Part shown: positions 62,961 to 64,000 of the stretch, piece after piece | How the letters are laid out: the number at the start of each line of letters is the position of its first letter | Position numbering within the stretch: the first letter of the stretch is position 1 | Assembly (NCBI GenBank): GCA_013265495.1 | Contig: MU058004.1 | Location: 312,001-376,000, forward strand | From: Vicugna vicugna | Lineage: Eukaryota | Length of the DNA: 64,000 nt | Direction: 5' to 3' | The notes under the pieces: model-generated | Databases searched by the model: none | Seen by the model: only the letters and a program-made list of their open reading frames with translations | Told to the model about the DNA's origin: nothing | Translations under genes and position numbers: made by a program

Positions 62961-64000
62961 GGAGCCTGGCAGACACCCCATTGGTGCGTCAGTGTTTCTC
63001 TACGAGGGTGGTCCGTGGGCTAGAGTCACCTCCCGTCAGTCTAGCCGGCTTCTACTCTTTATTTTGTTCTCGTGGCATAGTGAATTAAAACAACTCTGCT
63101 TTATACAGAAAAATAGTTACAAAATATTTTGAGAAAGGTTAACTTGCAAATTTCAGGATACTTTTTACTTAAATTGATCCAGAAACCTAGTAGTTACAGA
63201 CTTAAGTTTCGTGGAATCATTAGTAGCATATTAACAACTGTTTCTTAATTAATGAAATGTTTTTGATAAACCTTGGACTTCCTAGAAAAATAAGTCACAG
63301 TGCTGTGTGTGTTCCCTTTCCCTGCTCAGCTGCACTGAGTCTGGGACAGGCACTTGCGAGCTCCTGGTGAATTTGACAGGGACCCGACGGGGCCATGCGG
63401 TGCTTACTGGTGGTGCATTTAAGAACCTCCTGTGTGCACTTGCAGGTTAGCTGCTGCTGCATTTCTGGTGGCTGACTCAACAGAAGATCGGCAGAAGACT
63501 TGACCTTGTTCCTTTTTTTATCTGTGAGCTTGCTCTCCTGAACAAGGAATGAACTGTGCCTGTGTTGTGGGCTCATCTCCGGGGTGCCTGTGGCTGTGAG
63601 AAGGGGCCTTGGTGATGGGTGGTGAGCAGGCGCCTCATGTGGGTGTGCCCACCACAGCACGCGAGCCGGCAGTGCCGGGAGTCGTCTTGGGCATTCTGGG
63701 CCTGCGTGGAGGTAGCTTTCTCCTTTGAGGTGTTATGGGTCCGGCGTCTTGTGCTCAGAGCAGCACGGCCCTGCTTAAGGAAGGCGTGGAGCCCTGGGAG
63801 CACAGCTGTGTGTCCGTGCAGGGTGCTGCGGGTCTGGGTGTAGACTCACACACACACCCTCCAAGCACCTACTAGAAGGGAGGGTCACATCATAATCTGA
63901 ACGCAGATGTGTCGGGGAGATACATCTGGATAAAGTGCTATATCCAGCGGTTGCAGAAATAAAGGAGTACCTGTAAAAAGTCAGTTCTGCTCTTAGTTCA

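Overview
GC-rich mammalian genomic DNA, syntenic to human 17q25.3. The tRNA-derived SINEs resemble the camelid Vic-1 family, so the source is probably a camelid (inference). The window holds the 5' part of TBCD (exons 1-9, minus strand), the complete tandem paralogs FN3K and FN3KRP (6 exons and 309 codons each, minus strand) and the first two exons of WDR45B (plus strand). All called exons have GT-AG splice sites and intact frames. Main observation: RAB40B, which lies between FN3KRP and WDR45B in human, survives here only as a frameshifted relic of its last (SOCS-box) exon at about 54734-54967, still with its splice acceptor. I see no GTPase-domain exons and no promoter for it, which points to an in-place gene loss. 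A 3'-truncated L1 at about 53434 is a candidate deletion breakpoint. The window also contains nested LTRs, solitary poly(A) insertions with exact target-site duplications (TSDs), a SINE with an internal micro-inversion, a tiny WDR45B uORF and many old L1/MIR fragments. Gene and repeat-family names come from recalled sequences, not from database searches.
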